The notes below the pieces were generated by a model that was not told where the DNA came from, made no database searches, and saw nothing but the letters and a program-made list of their open reading frames with translations. Position numbers and translations under genes: made by a program. 64,000 bases of DNA, taken from contig NC_069002.1 of the NCBI RefSeq assembly GCF_001194135.2, positions 2,783,416 through 2,847,415 of the forward strand. Reading direction: 5' to 3'. This stretch comes from Octopus bimaculoides. Its lineage: Eukaryota. Positions 1 to 11,844 of this stretch are shown piece by piece (position 1 is the first letter of the stretch; every line of letters starts with the position of its first letter).

Positions 1-175
1 CAACGAAAGAAACAAATAGTAAACGAAACAGGCAACATAAAGAACAATCCCCTTCATCAGTTCTTCCTTGTTTTTACCTATTCCGCGTTTCGAGCGTGGG
101 ACAAGAGGCGACTCCGTTAAAACAGTCCTTCCCAAAAATCAAATTAAATAAAATTTGGGATTTTTGCGGAGGGTT

Positions 176-220
176 ATGGCCGCAGTCAAATGACTGAAAC
201 ATGTAAAAATAAAAAAAAGA
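176..220 (+). mobile_element. SINE family A, 3' tail only
   Basis: atggccgcagtcaaatgactgaaacatgtaaaa matches the reverse complement of the tails at 11045-11085, 35722-35778 and 63601-63640. Confidence 0.7.
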
Positions 221-2413
221 ATATATATATATATGTGTGTGTTCCTATTACTCGTGTTCGCGCGCACGCTTTGTGTGTGTTAGCACGTCCATTCCCCTAA
301 CATAAACCAGTGTATCAAACAGACACGCATACACATATAGGCACAGAGGTGCTAATAAGATGCTTGGTTTAAAACCGCGACTTACCCTGTTTAATCCCGC
401 TATATGACGCATTAAGCAAATGCTATTTTCCATCGATTTATACCAACACACGTTTTGACGGAAACTAGATAGTGGATGAGAGCATAGAAGCTGGTCGGGG
501 GGAGGGAAATGGGTGCAACCTTGTCGGAACCTTTAGTGGAAAACAACTTCTGGTTCAGATTTCTATCTGGGCAATCCGTAGGATTTCCATAACATCTAAA
601 GTCTAATTAACACAGGATAATCTTCAATCACACGCAGATTAAAGAAAACTGCTATTTCATACGTATTAGAACAATGATTGGAAATCAAATGTAATTCAGA
701 TTCACGTGGGCATTGCTTTTCATGATAGAGGAGCTGGGAATAAATTGACATCACAAAATAAGGGACGAATCTTGTTTCTGACTCCATCTCTCTCTTTCTC
801 CTCCCACCCTCTTTCTCTCCTCACTTCTCTCTCACTCGTCCCCTCTCTCTCACTCGTCCCCTCTCTCTCATCTCTCCTACTCTCTCTTTCTCCCTCACTG
901 ACACACTGTATTTTCTCTTTCAATATTGTTCTTGAGAAGGAATCTGAGGCGGATGAACCTAAAATTGATGGGCTCCATTTCGAATTTATACCCAAGACAT
1001 GGTGTGTATCGTAAAGATCTTTATTCAACATTGGGATATGCACCCAGATCAATACATATGGTGAGGGTGACAAAGAGAAAGAAAGAAAGATAGATAGAAA
1101 GAAAGATAAATAGAAAGAAAGTAAGAAAGAAAGAGAGCAAGTCATGGATTTAGCGCGATTAATGCAGGTTATATATGTGACAACAAAACTGCGATTCTAA
1201 ACTATACACACATGTTGGAGCTTTCGGCTATAAAAAATAATAACATTTTAATTTTGCGAAATATCTTACTGTAGAAACAAAGAAAAATCATAATCGATAT
1301 GAATGAAGATTGATATGAAGGAATTGGACATAGTTTTATGTTTCATGATTTTATTGCCTTTTATCTATGTAAGTAAATAAATGAGATATTTTTGTGGTTC
1401 GAGAAGTGTTGCTAGTCTCAATTTCCTTTGTTCTGTTTGTACATAAAACTACAGAAAGTAAAAATATTTTTACAGTTTTCCGACTTACAAAATCGTTCTC
1501 TCTCTATATCTCTCTAACACACATACACACACCGTCTATCTCTCTCTATCTCTCTCGCACACACACGACCTCTTTCTCTCTCTCTCTCTCTTACACACAC
1601 ACTCTCTTTCTCTCTATCTTTCCTCATCTCTCTCCCTGTCATGATATTTTAATGTCGACTGTCGTAAAAGAAGAGCATATTAGAGATTGTTACATCTTAT
1701 TTTGATCGAGTCAGCTCCTTCTTACATCTGTGGGCACACGGTGTCTCTATTTGTATGCATGAAGACCTTCTTCCTGATTCTGTTGTACCTGTATTTCAAA
1801 GGGCTATCCCCTACAACTCCATCAATGACTTGAGAGCCCAAGACAAGGCCTACACCAAGTGATTCAAGCAATTTTCAAACAATTCATTGGTCTATTCTAG
1901 ATATTCTCAAGTGTAAAGCAAGTTGAAAGATATGCCATGTCATCTGTAACTTTGCACTTCAACTCGCCAAAATTATTTGGAGAGTGAAAAATTATATCTT
2001 TCCGAACAGTTTTCATATTACTTGTTGTCACCTAACGATATGCTTCATTAATATTTTTCATTATATTATGTGTAAATTTTTTTCCCCTGAAAATTCTACA
2101 AGATTAATTGCATTCTCTCCTGTCGTTTTTCCAACAGCCATTGCAATCTTTAAAACCTGTTTTCAAATGAAATATTTCTATCCTGATTAATTTTTAGCGG
2201 AATTTTTACAAAAGGCAAAGGCGTGGTTGGGTGATAAGGAGTACCTTTCTCAAACGCATTGTTCCTGTTTCCATCACAGCCGGTGGCATCTTAATAATTT
2301 ATTTATGCTATAATATAACATAATGTACTATGAATATAATATAATATAACATAAACACTTATTTAAACAACCAATAAAGCCAACAATTTGTTTCGACTTA
2401 TATACATTATTTG

Positions 2414-2637
2414 ATTTGTTTCGACTTATATACATTATTTGATTTGGAAATGTGGACAGTTCATCGTAAGCGCCTTGATTTGCTTGAACGCTTTAATCAA
2501 AAGCGTTTAAGAAGAATCCTAAACATAAAATGGCAACAGAAAATACCTGACACGCAAATCCTTATAGATGCTGGCTGCACGAGCATTGAATCTACCATCA
2601 AATCCTTTCAAATGCGTTGGATGGGCCATGTTGTGCG
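2414..2637 (+). mobile_element. RTE-clade LINE reverse transcriptase C-terminal fragment
   Basis: Translates to EMWTVHRKRLDLLERFNQKRLRRILNIKWQQKIPDTQILIDAGCTSIESTIKSFQMRWMGHVVR, the typical RTE/BovB ETW...LRRILxIxWxxxIxNxEVL...RWxGHVxR segment; truncated at both ends. Confidence 0.85.
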
Positions 2638-2639
2638 TA

Positions 2640-3172
2640 CTTGTGTACGTTCACTCTGTATCGTCTTGTTTATTCGAGCCCTAGTTCTTCGCAAATATTG
2701 TGGGTGCCGCCATATGCGAAGTTGTCAGTCTTAACATTAAAGGCATGAAACTGTATATTAGTATCTCGGTCGATAACTGAAGAAGAATTAAGGTCATTAT
2801 ANNNNNNNNNNNNNNNNNNNNNNNNNNNNNNNNNNNNNNNNNNNNNNNNNNNNNNNNNNNNNNNNNNNNNNNNNNNNNNNNNNNNNNNNNNNNNNNNNNN
2901 NNNNNNNNNNNNNNNNNNNNNNNNNNNNNNNNNNNNNNNNNNNNNNNNNNNNNNNNNNNNNGTGATATCGACAAAAGAATAGTGTATATAAACAAAAGTA
3001 AATGAGTATATGCATATATACGTACAGGTATGTGCATACCGACATCCACCTGTATGTATAGGTGCATATCTGGGTACAGGACATTGCAAACAAACGTAGA
3101 CGAGAACACACGAGCCACATAGAGAACATTCTACTTCATCAGCTACCCACGTTTTAACACCGGCGTTTCGAC

Positions 3173-3180
<8 letters not shown>
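2640..3180. mobile_element. Unclassified interspersed repeat spanning a gap, possibly a Penelope-like terminal repeat
   Basis: Abuts and truncates the RTE fragment. Carries CTGAAGAAG (2777-2785) and cttcatcag...cgtttcga (3134-3171) boxes, the latter similar to 51-93. Class is not established. Confidence 0.25.
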
Positions 3181-3209
<29 letters not shown>

Positions 3210-3400
3210 GTATATATGTATGTGTGTATGTATGTATGTATGTATGTATGTATATATGTATGTATGTATGTATATATGTATGTATTATGTATAGACAATA
3301 AGTACTTTTTTCTATTGATAATTACTTTTGTTTCTCTCTACTTCCCCATCTTTATCTACACTATTCTTTTGTCGATATCACATTTTTTCTTTCTTTCTCT

Positions 3401-3446
<46 letters not shown>

Positions 3447-4011
3447 CACACACACACATACACACGCGCGCATTCATAATTTATTAACAAATTCAAGCTG
3501 TTCAATCTTTCCATCTTCTTATTTCTCTATTTCTCACTTTTTACTCTCGTACCCAAAATCTCCATTTCCTTATCTATTTACTCCAAGTACAGACACTGAA
3601 CACCCCCATCCCCCACACATATACATCACATCCCCTTTCTCATTGTGGTTTTATGTTGCTTTTGTAAAGAGGTTTAATATTTTAACAAGCTAAGGAAACT
3701 CTGAAATCAATGCAATATAATTGAGCTGATGAAGCTTGTTACAACAGCTGGGATGCTTATGGCTTATGAGAATAGCTTGAGAGCCTTAACACGGCCAGAC
3801 TTTATCCTTACATCAATATTTCCTTATCCTTATCATAATTTCTCTCTCATTCATCTTCTTCTTCGTCTTCTTTCTCTCTTTCTGTATTTCATAAAAGATA
3901 ATATATTCCGAATTTATACGTGTGATTAAATGTGTTAGATATAAGAATGAGATGGGAGTGAATGAAATGTTCCGTCGTTACTTTTATTTATTTTCCTTGT
4001 GTATGAATAAG

Positions 4012-4058
<47 letters not shown>

Positions 4059-4857
4059 ATGAATGTATGTATATATGTAAGTCTATATGTACATAGGAAG
4101 ATACTTATTACACTTATTTTGTTATCATTGCCTCTATCTTTCTCTATATGTTTGTTTATCTTCCGGTCCTGACTCCCCACCTCTCCTTATCTATCTTTTT
4201 TGGGCTTCTATCCACATGTACACACACACACACACACACATACAGACACTCACACATTCCTATATATATAGATAGATACATACATACATTTATATGTGTA
4301 TATATATATATATATGTCTATATATATATATATGTATATATATANNNNNNNNNNNNNNNNNNNNNNNNNNNNNNNNNNNNNNNNNNNNNNNNNNNNNNNN
4401 NNNNNNNNNNNNNNNNNNNNNNNNNNNNNNNNNNNNNNNNNNNNNNNNNNNNNNNNNNNNNNNNNNNNNNNNNNNNNNNNNNNNNNNNNNNNNNNNNNNN
4501 NNNNNNNNNNNNNNNNNNNNNNNNNNNNNNNNNNNNNNNNNNNNNNNNNNNNNNNNNNNNNNNNNNNNNNNNNNNNNNNNNNNNNNNNNNNNNNNNNNNN
4601 NNNNNNNNNNNNNNNNNNNNNNNNNNNNNNNNNNNNNNNNNNNNNNNNNNNNNNNNNNNNNNNNNNNNNNNNNNNNNNNNNNNNNNNNNNNNNNNNNNNN
4701 NNNNNNNNNNNNNNNNNNNNNNNNNNNNNNNNNNNNNNNNNNNNNNNNNNNNNNNNNNNNNNNNNNNNNNNNNNNNNNNNNNNNNTATAAATGATATTTT
4801 GGTTATTTTCTCTACATTGGGCTCAGAAAAAGGAGATGGATGTGGAAAAAGAGGAGA

Positions 4858-4946
4858 GAAAGAAGAAGAAGAAGAAGAAGAAGAAGAAGAAGAAGAAGAA
4901 GAAGAAGAAGAAGAAGAAGAAGAAGAAGAAGAAGAAGAAGAAGAAG
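4858..4946. repeat. (AAG)n microsatellite
   Basis: Near-pure array seen directly. Confidence 0.95.
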
Positions 4947-5379
4947 CAGTCGGAGGAGGAGGAGGAGGAAGAGGAGGTGGAGTAGTAGTAGAAGAGGGTG
5001 GCCGTGTGTGTGCGTACGTGTGCGGTTGTGTGTGCGCTTGCATGTGTGATTGTGTGTGTGCGCGCGCGCATGTGTGTGTGTGTGCGCGCGCGCATGTGTG
5101 TGTGTGTGTGTGTGTATCCACATATATATATATATATATACACAGATGTATTTGTATATAGACGCGTATATACATTTGTATTTATACACGTGTGTGTGTG
5201 TATGTGAATGTACGTGTAAATACGGTCCGAGCAAACTGTTATCACCCTCGCTAAACAAGTTGAATTTTAATGAGATTTAACTTATTTCATATTTTATCCG
5301 GCCTTTAACCCTCCAGCGTTTGCTCTCTCTCGATTTGCTACGCTTTTTGCCCAGTTGTTGTACTTTCTCTTTCTCTCCT

Positions 5380-5460
<81 letters not shown>
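5380..5460. repeat. (CT)n microsatellite
   Basis: Seen directly. Confidence 0.95.
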
Positions 5461-5464
<4 letters not shown>

Positions 5465-5811
5465 CTGTTTGTCTATCTATCTCTCTTTTCACACTACAAC
5501 AGTCTCAAATTACCGCAGTATCACTCACTAAATTCACACTCTTCTTTCTCTAAGAGTCAACGGATATCGATCTCAAATTATCTCTGTGTCTTTATCATTC
5601 TTATTTTTTTCCTCTCGTCGTTCTTCTACACAAGAAACATTTTTATCGCTATCTTAAGGTTTTGGCCATTCATACTCAACTTCAATTCTTTTACTCTCCA
5701 TTCCTGCCTTTTCTTACTATATTGAAATATTTCGTTTCTCACCATTTCCATCATTACTCCTCATCCATCTGTGCGTGTATGTGTGTGTTTATGTGCGCGC
5801 GCGTGGGAGAT

Positions 5812-5990
5812 GAGCCACGTGGCTTAGTGGTTAAATTGTTGCACTCATGATTGTAAGATTGTGGTATAGATTCCTGGAGCGTAGGATGGGTATGTTCTTC
5901 ATGAAGATTCTTCATTTCACGCTGCTCCATTCTACTCACTAGGAAAAATTGAATAATCCTGTGGCGAGCAAGTGTCACCTTCAAGAGGAA
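5812..5990 (+). mobile_element. SINE family C (tRNA-derived head), degenerate
   Basis: A-box-like cacgtggcttagtggtt, B-box-like tagattcctgg, followed by ttcatttcacgctgctccattctactca body. Confidence 0.6.
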
Positions 5991-6064
5991 CATAAATTGC
6001 ACAGAATCTAGGAAAACGGTCGTATGAGTTTATTTTCCCAAATAGATTTCCCTTCATCTTACAG

Positions 6065-6102
6065 ACTGGTGAAATCGTAAGGTGTTATTCAAACACTCAA
6101 CT
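6065..6102 (+). other. Candidate 38-nt exon
   Basis: Acceptor atttcccttcatcttacag and donor gtaagt; the only open frame is TGEIVRCYSNTQL; no homology recognised. Confidence 0.2.
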
Positions 6103-6526
6103 GTAAGTTCACCACATCTCATAGTGGAAACTGTTGTAAGCTAATGAAGTTCATAAGATAACCCGTTTATTCGTTTGTCATGTTTTTTCTTAACACTTAG
6201 AACTGTATAACATTTATGGTGTGTATGTGTGTGTATGTGTGTGTGTGTGTGTGAACAAACATATATAAGTATTTACATATCCTAAGCCATATAAGTGTAT
6301 CCTTATACGTGCGACATTTCATTGATTGGTTTCCCCCGAGAACAGGAAGTGATGGAAATCGTGAAATATTATCTGACACAGTTCGGGTCGTCTGCTTTGA
6401 AAGAAAGAAAATGATTGAAAATGATAGCCTTATTAAGACTAACCGATAACCTTCCGCCCTACAATATTATGCTATCTGTTAGAGCTACAGCTCCGCCTTT
6501 ATCCTATAAATACATTTATTTTTCAG

Positions 6527-6769
6527 ACATTTCAATGAGATCAAGGAAGCTTAATCGTTTCGTGCTGTTGAAAAATAAAGACAATAAAATTACTGGAAAA
6601 ACTCTTCTTTATTTTAAGATGCGTAAAAGAGACATTGCACACTCCAGTGTTCGCAGAATTTATAGAAACATTTGCATGCTACATCAATTATATACCTGCA
6701 CCCATAGGCTACAATACAAGATGCTTGTGCCTGATGTTGCGTGGTGGGAACAGACCAGGAAACGTATGG
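6527..6769 (+). other. Candidate 243-nt phase 1-1 exon within a non-repetitive 124-codon ORF
   Basis: Acceptor tttatttttcag, donor G/gtaaca, length divisible by 3, open frame DISMRSRKLN...WWEQTRKRM; no homology recognised. Confidence 0.2.
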
Positions 6770-6793
6770 GTAACATACGGGCTTCATAACCAC

Positions 6794-6990
6794 ATGCGTA
6801 GTAGCTGTACTAAGTAACGATAAGAATACACAGAGAAACCGTAGACTTATGCAGTTGCTATGCAGTAATAGCTGTGCTAAGTAACAATAAGTTTACACAC
6901 AGGAATCAAGGGCTCATTCAGTTGCCATGCGGTAATAGCTGTGCCAAGTTACCATAAGATTACACAGAAAAATCACGGCCTTATATAGTC
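6794..6990. repeat. Three diverged tandem copies of a 66-67 bp unit
   Basis: Units start at 6794, 6860 and 6927, each atgc(n)gtartagctgtrcyaagtwac-ataag--tacaca... Confidence 0.9.
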
Positions 6991-7745
6991 AAGATACGTT
7001 ATCTTCTAACCACGATAATATTGGTGTTACGTACACAAAACAACCCATCTTTGCTGAACTAACACACAACGAAAAGAACATATAAAGTCAAAACAAGGAT
7101 TAATAAATAAAAGTTTTGTACCCATAAGAAGTAATCTCAGTTTTCTTTAATATTGTAAGATGTTTTCCATTACAGAAAAAAAAGACAAATTCTTTTGATA
7201 TTCTTCCCGATATTAAAAGCACTAAGTCGTATTTGTTATTGCTGGAGTTGTTGTTGTTTCATTTCTCTTCTTTTATTCTTTTATTTTTTTCTTTTGCCTA
7301 CTCCAACATCTGTCACTACCAAAACTAAATATTATGATAACTAATGCAAAGTTACTCAATTTCGCCAGAAGCGGTTATGGAAATCCAAAAACTAATATCG
7401 ATTTCTTAGACTGGCACAAGACCACATATTTGTGATGTAATGTTCTTCTGCTGTCAGTGTAAGGAACGCGAACACATCACACTCATACACTGAAACATAT
7501 ACACAAAACATATATATTTATATTCGCATATACATACGTATATATACGCATATGTATATATACCTATATTCATATATATATATACATATGTGTGTATGTG
7601 TGTGTGTGCGTGCGTATGTGTAAGTATATATGTATGCATATGTTTGTGCATATGTATAATTTTTGATTCCGAATTTGAGGCAACAAGCTGTGAAGGTCTG
7701 TAATTAACACAAGACTAGCGTTAACGCATCATCAGCTGCACAAGA

Positions 7746-7905
7746 GGACGGTGAACTGGAAAAGTCGTGGGACTTTCGGGACAATGCTTTTCCGTATTTG
7801 TTCCAACTATTTACGTTCCAAGTTCATACCTCACCGAGCTCAACCTTGCCTTTCGTCCTTTCGCTTTCAATAAATTAAAGTAAAAAAGCCAAGTACTGTG
7901 GTCGA
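7746..7905 (+). mobile_element. SINE family B, degenerate
   Basis: ggtgaactgg head, aagttcatacctcaccgagctcaaccttgcctttcgtcctttcg core, actgtggtcga. Confidence 0.65.
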
Positions 7906-8194
7906 GGGTATCAAATTAGACTCACCATTGGCCTTGCGCCTGAATCGGAAACCATTATATTATAAGCGTGTTTCTTACGTCCAATCTTTAATCAACGGTA
8001 GATTAATGATTTGTATGCTCAATCATGGATGTCATAGAACTAAACATCAGCAAAATAATAGCTTCTTCCGGACGGCAGTGAAGCTCATTATTCAACCTCA
8101 GTGTGTTTCACTAGCTTTAAAAGCATCTACAATAATGGACAGCAGTCGACAGCTGTAGCTTACTTCTACATTATTTATTATGAATGACAGTCAA

Positions 8195-8400
8195 AGCGGT
8201 CAGCATACGGAATCTTTAGCGCATCGAACAAAATGCTTAGCGACAATTCTTCCAACTCTCTATGCTCTGAGTTCAAATTTCACCCAGACTGACATTGCAA
8301 TTTATCTTTTCGGGGTCGATAAAATAAGTATCATTTGAACACTGGAGCCGATGTAATCGACTAGCACCTCCACTAATATTTCAGACCCAGCTTCTATAAG
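8195..8400 (+). mobile_element. SINE family B
   Basis: ctctgagttcaaattt, ttcggggtcgataaaataagta and actggagccgatgtaatcgact motifs shared with the copies at 16110 and 16919. Confidence 0.8.
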
Positions 8401-8544
8401 GGAGAGGGTAAATGATAACCGTTGCAGAAGAGTCGTAATTGAAACTAATGCTGCTATAATTTGTGTCAAATTGATGAAGATGCTGCTGGTGATGTTTTCA
8501 TAATGGTACTCACGGAAAGGAGTAACGATAATCAAACAATCATC

Positions 8545-9300
8545 GATACTATCCATTATCATTCTTTCCACCAATAACATCATCACCATCATCAGCAGCA
8601 GCAGCATTATCGTCATTGCCGTGGTTCGCGATATCGTCAATGCTGTCGTCGTCGTTATCATCATCATCATCATCAATTTCATCGTCACCGTCTTCGTCGT
8701 CGTCGTCGTCGTCGTCGTCGTCATCATCAGCGAAGCCATCGCTATCAGGAGCAGCAGTAGCGCCACAGCAGCTCCGCAACAGTTCCACAGCAGCGCAGGC
8801 AGCATAAGGAACAGCAGTAGAAGCAGCATTAACGTGAACAGTACCAACATCAGCAACAGCGTCGTAGTTGACGTCATTGTCATCATCCTCATCACGAAAA
8901 TTATCATCATGATCATCATCATTGTCATCACGATCATCATTATCATTCTCATCATCATAATCATTATGACGATGATGATATCATCACCATCATCATCATT
9001 GTCATCACGATCATCTTCACGATCATCATCACCATCCCCATCGTCATCATCATCCTCATCATTATCGAAATCACGCCCATCAATGCCACCACCACCAGCA
9101 TCCTCAGCTCAGCCAATCGAGATCCTCATTAACAGCAAACAACAAACAACAGCAACAACATCAATCGCAGTACCAAAACCCACAGCAGGAACAGAAGCAC
9201 AAAGATCAACGACAACTACAACATCAGCATCAGCGCAACTACGATGACAACAGCAACAACAACAACAGCGACAAGATGAGTAACAGCGACGGCAACATCA
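8545..9300. repeat. Mosaic trinucleotide tract (CAT/GTC/CAG/CAA)
   Basis: Seen directly; it generates the poly-I/M/S/V/D ORFs in several frames. Confidence 0.9.
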
Positions 9301-9469
9301 ATATTAGTGTATTAACGTAAACGCGTCCATAAATTAAGTTATTCTGGAAATGTCGCAGCATATCTATGTAGTGACGCTCAAGGAAATAACTGGTTTTCTG
9401 TTTGCTAATCCTCTTTGACAATCTTTCGTGCATTGGCAACAAATGATTAGTTCCGAGCGACTATAGCTC

Positions 9470-9522
<53 letters not shown>

Positions 9523-9784
9523 GTGTGTGAATGAACTTGTATATATATATATGTGTGGGGGGAGCACCAACATGTACGCATGACTACGGTTGAATCATCA
9601 GTATATGTGTAGCAAAGTTTGTGCGAATATATATATATATATTTATATATATATATATATTTGCATGTTCACACATACATACACACACACATACACACAC
9701 AAACACACATATATATATATATATACATATACACACACACACATATATGTATATGTATGTATGTTTGTACATATATACTTATAA

Positions 9785-9821
<37 letters not shown>

Positions 9822-9909
9822 GAAAAAGAAAGAGAATGACTTGACAGGTAGTTCTAATCAGTTCAATTTATTATTTAAAAAAAAATTTTAATATACATTT
9901 TAGCTCATC

Positions 9910-9986
9910 GGTGCCACGCAGCGAGACTGAACCGGTAACCAGGTGGTTGTAAAGCAAACTACTTACCACGTAGTCACACCTGCGCC
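9910..9986 (-). mobile_element. SINE family A, tRNA-like head
   Basis: Reverse complement ggcgcaggtgtgactacgtggtaagtagtttgc...ggttcagtctcgctgcgtggcacc contains A- and B-box-like motifs. Confidence 0.8.
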
Positions 9987-10880
9987 TATATATTAACACA
10001 TATTTGTATTCTTAAAACATCGTCCAACATGGTTTAAAAAATGCGACAGTTCTGCTAAGTAAGGCGAACAGGAATAAGAATATAATAAAAATGCGTTTTC
10101 GCCAAAGCGAAGAGTATGTATGAATGACAGAAACAATCGCTGATAAAAGCAAATGGCCAATACAACATAAATTTCATCATGAGAAACAACGATCAATAGG
10201 TGACACAGAAAGTATAGATAAAAAAAAAGAGCAATGGTGTATCTTGGTTATGGAAACAAATAAGCCATTTGTTAATCCTGCTATTTCATAAATATTTACC
10301 TGTAGATTGTTGCAAAGCATTGAAATTACTTACAATATTTTAGTAGATAATAGTGTCAAATTCTCTAAAAATACGAAAATACAATGCCAAGTCAGAAATG
10401 GAAATCGATTAACTAATATATTTGTCTGCACACAATTTTACAAANNNNNNNNNNNNNNNNNNNNNNNNNNNNNNNNNNNNNNNNNNNNNNNNNNNNNNNN
10501 NNNNNNNNNNNNNNNNNNNNNNNNNNNNNNNNNNNNNNNNNNNNNNNNNNNNNNNNNNNNNNNNNNNNNNNNNNNNNNNNNNNNNNNNNNNNNNNNNNNN
10601 NNNNNNNNNNNNNNNNNNNNNNNNNNNNNNNNNNNNNNNNNNNNNNNNNNNNNNNNNNNNNNNNNNNNNNNNNNNNNNNNNNNNNNNNNNNNNNNNNNNN
10701 NNNNNNNNNNNNNNNNNNNNNNNNNNNNNNNNNNNNNNNNNNNNNNNNNNNNNNNNNNNNNNNNNNNNNNNNNNNNNNNNNNNNNNNNNNNNNNNNNNNN
10801 NNNNNNNNNNNNNNNNNNNNNNNNNNNNNNNNNNNNNNNNNNNNNNNNNNNNNNNNNNNNNNNNNNNNNNNNNNNNNNNN

Positions 10881-10934
<54 letters not shown>

Positions 10935-11044
10935 TGTGTAAATACATACATTATATATATATATAATGTATGTATGTATTTATAAATGCATATATATGCA
11001 TGTATATATTTATACATATATATATGTATATATATACAAATTCT

Positions 11045-11372
11045 TTTTGCCTTATAGTGTCAGTCATTTGGCTGCGGCCACGCTGGAGCGCCGCCTTTTT
11101 ATTCGAACACATCGACCCCAGGACTTATTCTTTGTAAACCTAGTACTTATCGCATCGTCCCTTTTGGCGAGCCACTAAGTTACGAGGGCGTAAACACACC
11201 CACATTGGTTGTCAAGCGATGAAGTGGGGGACTAACACAGACACACACAGAACACACACACACACACATACGATAGGCTTCTATCAGTTTCGTCTACCAA
11301 ATCCACTCACAAAACTTTAGTCGACTCGAGGCTATAGTAGAAACACTTGCCCAAGGTGCCACGCAGTGCGAA
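11045..11372 (-). mobile_element. SINE family A, 5'-truncated, with internal (CA)n
   Basis: Contains the ccttgggcaagtgt core, atttggtagacgaaactga, an internal microsatellite and the full tail. Confidence 0.9.
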
Positions 11373-11380
11373 CAACCCGA

Positions 11381-11463
11381 CACAAGGCCCGAAAATTTTT
11401 CGGCAGGGGGCCAGTCGGTTAGATCGACCCCAGTACGCAACTAGTACCTAATTTATCGACCCC

Positions 11464-11466
<3 letters not shown>
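11381..11466 (-). mobile_element. SINE family B, 3' half
   Basis: gatcgaccccagtacgcaactagtacctaatttatcgaccccgaa is the reverse complement of the family B core and 3' part. Confidence 0.8.
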
Positions 11467-11507
<41 letters not shown>

Positions 11508-11705
11508 GAGATGTGTAGGGGTGGAGGTGGGGGTTCCATCCCAGTGATACCTGCGCTTTAGTTATTCATCGAGGTTCACGTCGTTCACACAAATCCATTC
11601 ATGGATTACCTAATATCGGGTAATTTGTCGTAATCGTATTGCTAACATGGATTATTCCGGGACTCTTTGTGTCGTAATCAATCCGTGTTCTCCCCCCTTT
11701 CGCAG

Positions 11706-11726
11706 CACCACACGGTGCGTATCCGT
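11706..11726 (+). other. Candidate 21-nt microexon (CACCACACGGTGCGTATCCGT)
   Basis: Strong acceptor gttctccccccctttcgcag, donor gtaagt, frame-preserving with no stop in any frame, GCATG at 11735-11739. Confidence 0.3.
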
Positions 11727-11786
11727 GTAAGTGCGCATGTATGGAGGTACAATTGAAGAAACTCACACACGCAATACATGAATACA

Positions 11787-11844
<58 letters not shown>

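Noticed and set aside
386-464. Minus-strand candidate exon (FRQNVCWYKSMENSICLMRHIAGLNR) with a gtaagt donor
   Set aside because: Weak acceptor, no homology and no partner exon nearby; compatible with chance
6794-6990. CRISPR-like repeat-spacer appearance
   Set aside because: The variable parts align with each other, the repeats are not identical or palindromic, there are no cas genes, and the context is eukaryotic
8302-8964. 220-aa hydrophobic ORF that looks like a membrane protein
   Set aside because: It is the reverse strand of the CAT/CAG/GTC tract and ends in a SINE; composition artefact
9910-9986. tRNA gene
   Set aside because: A- and B-box-like motifs are present but there is no full cloverleaf; it continues into SINE body sequence, as do the other heads
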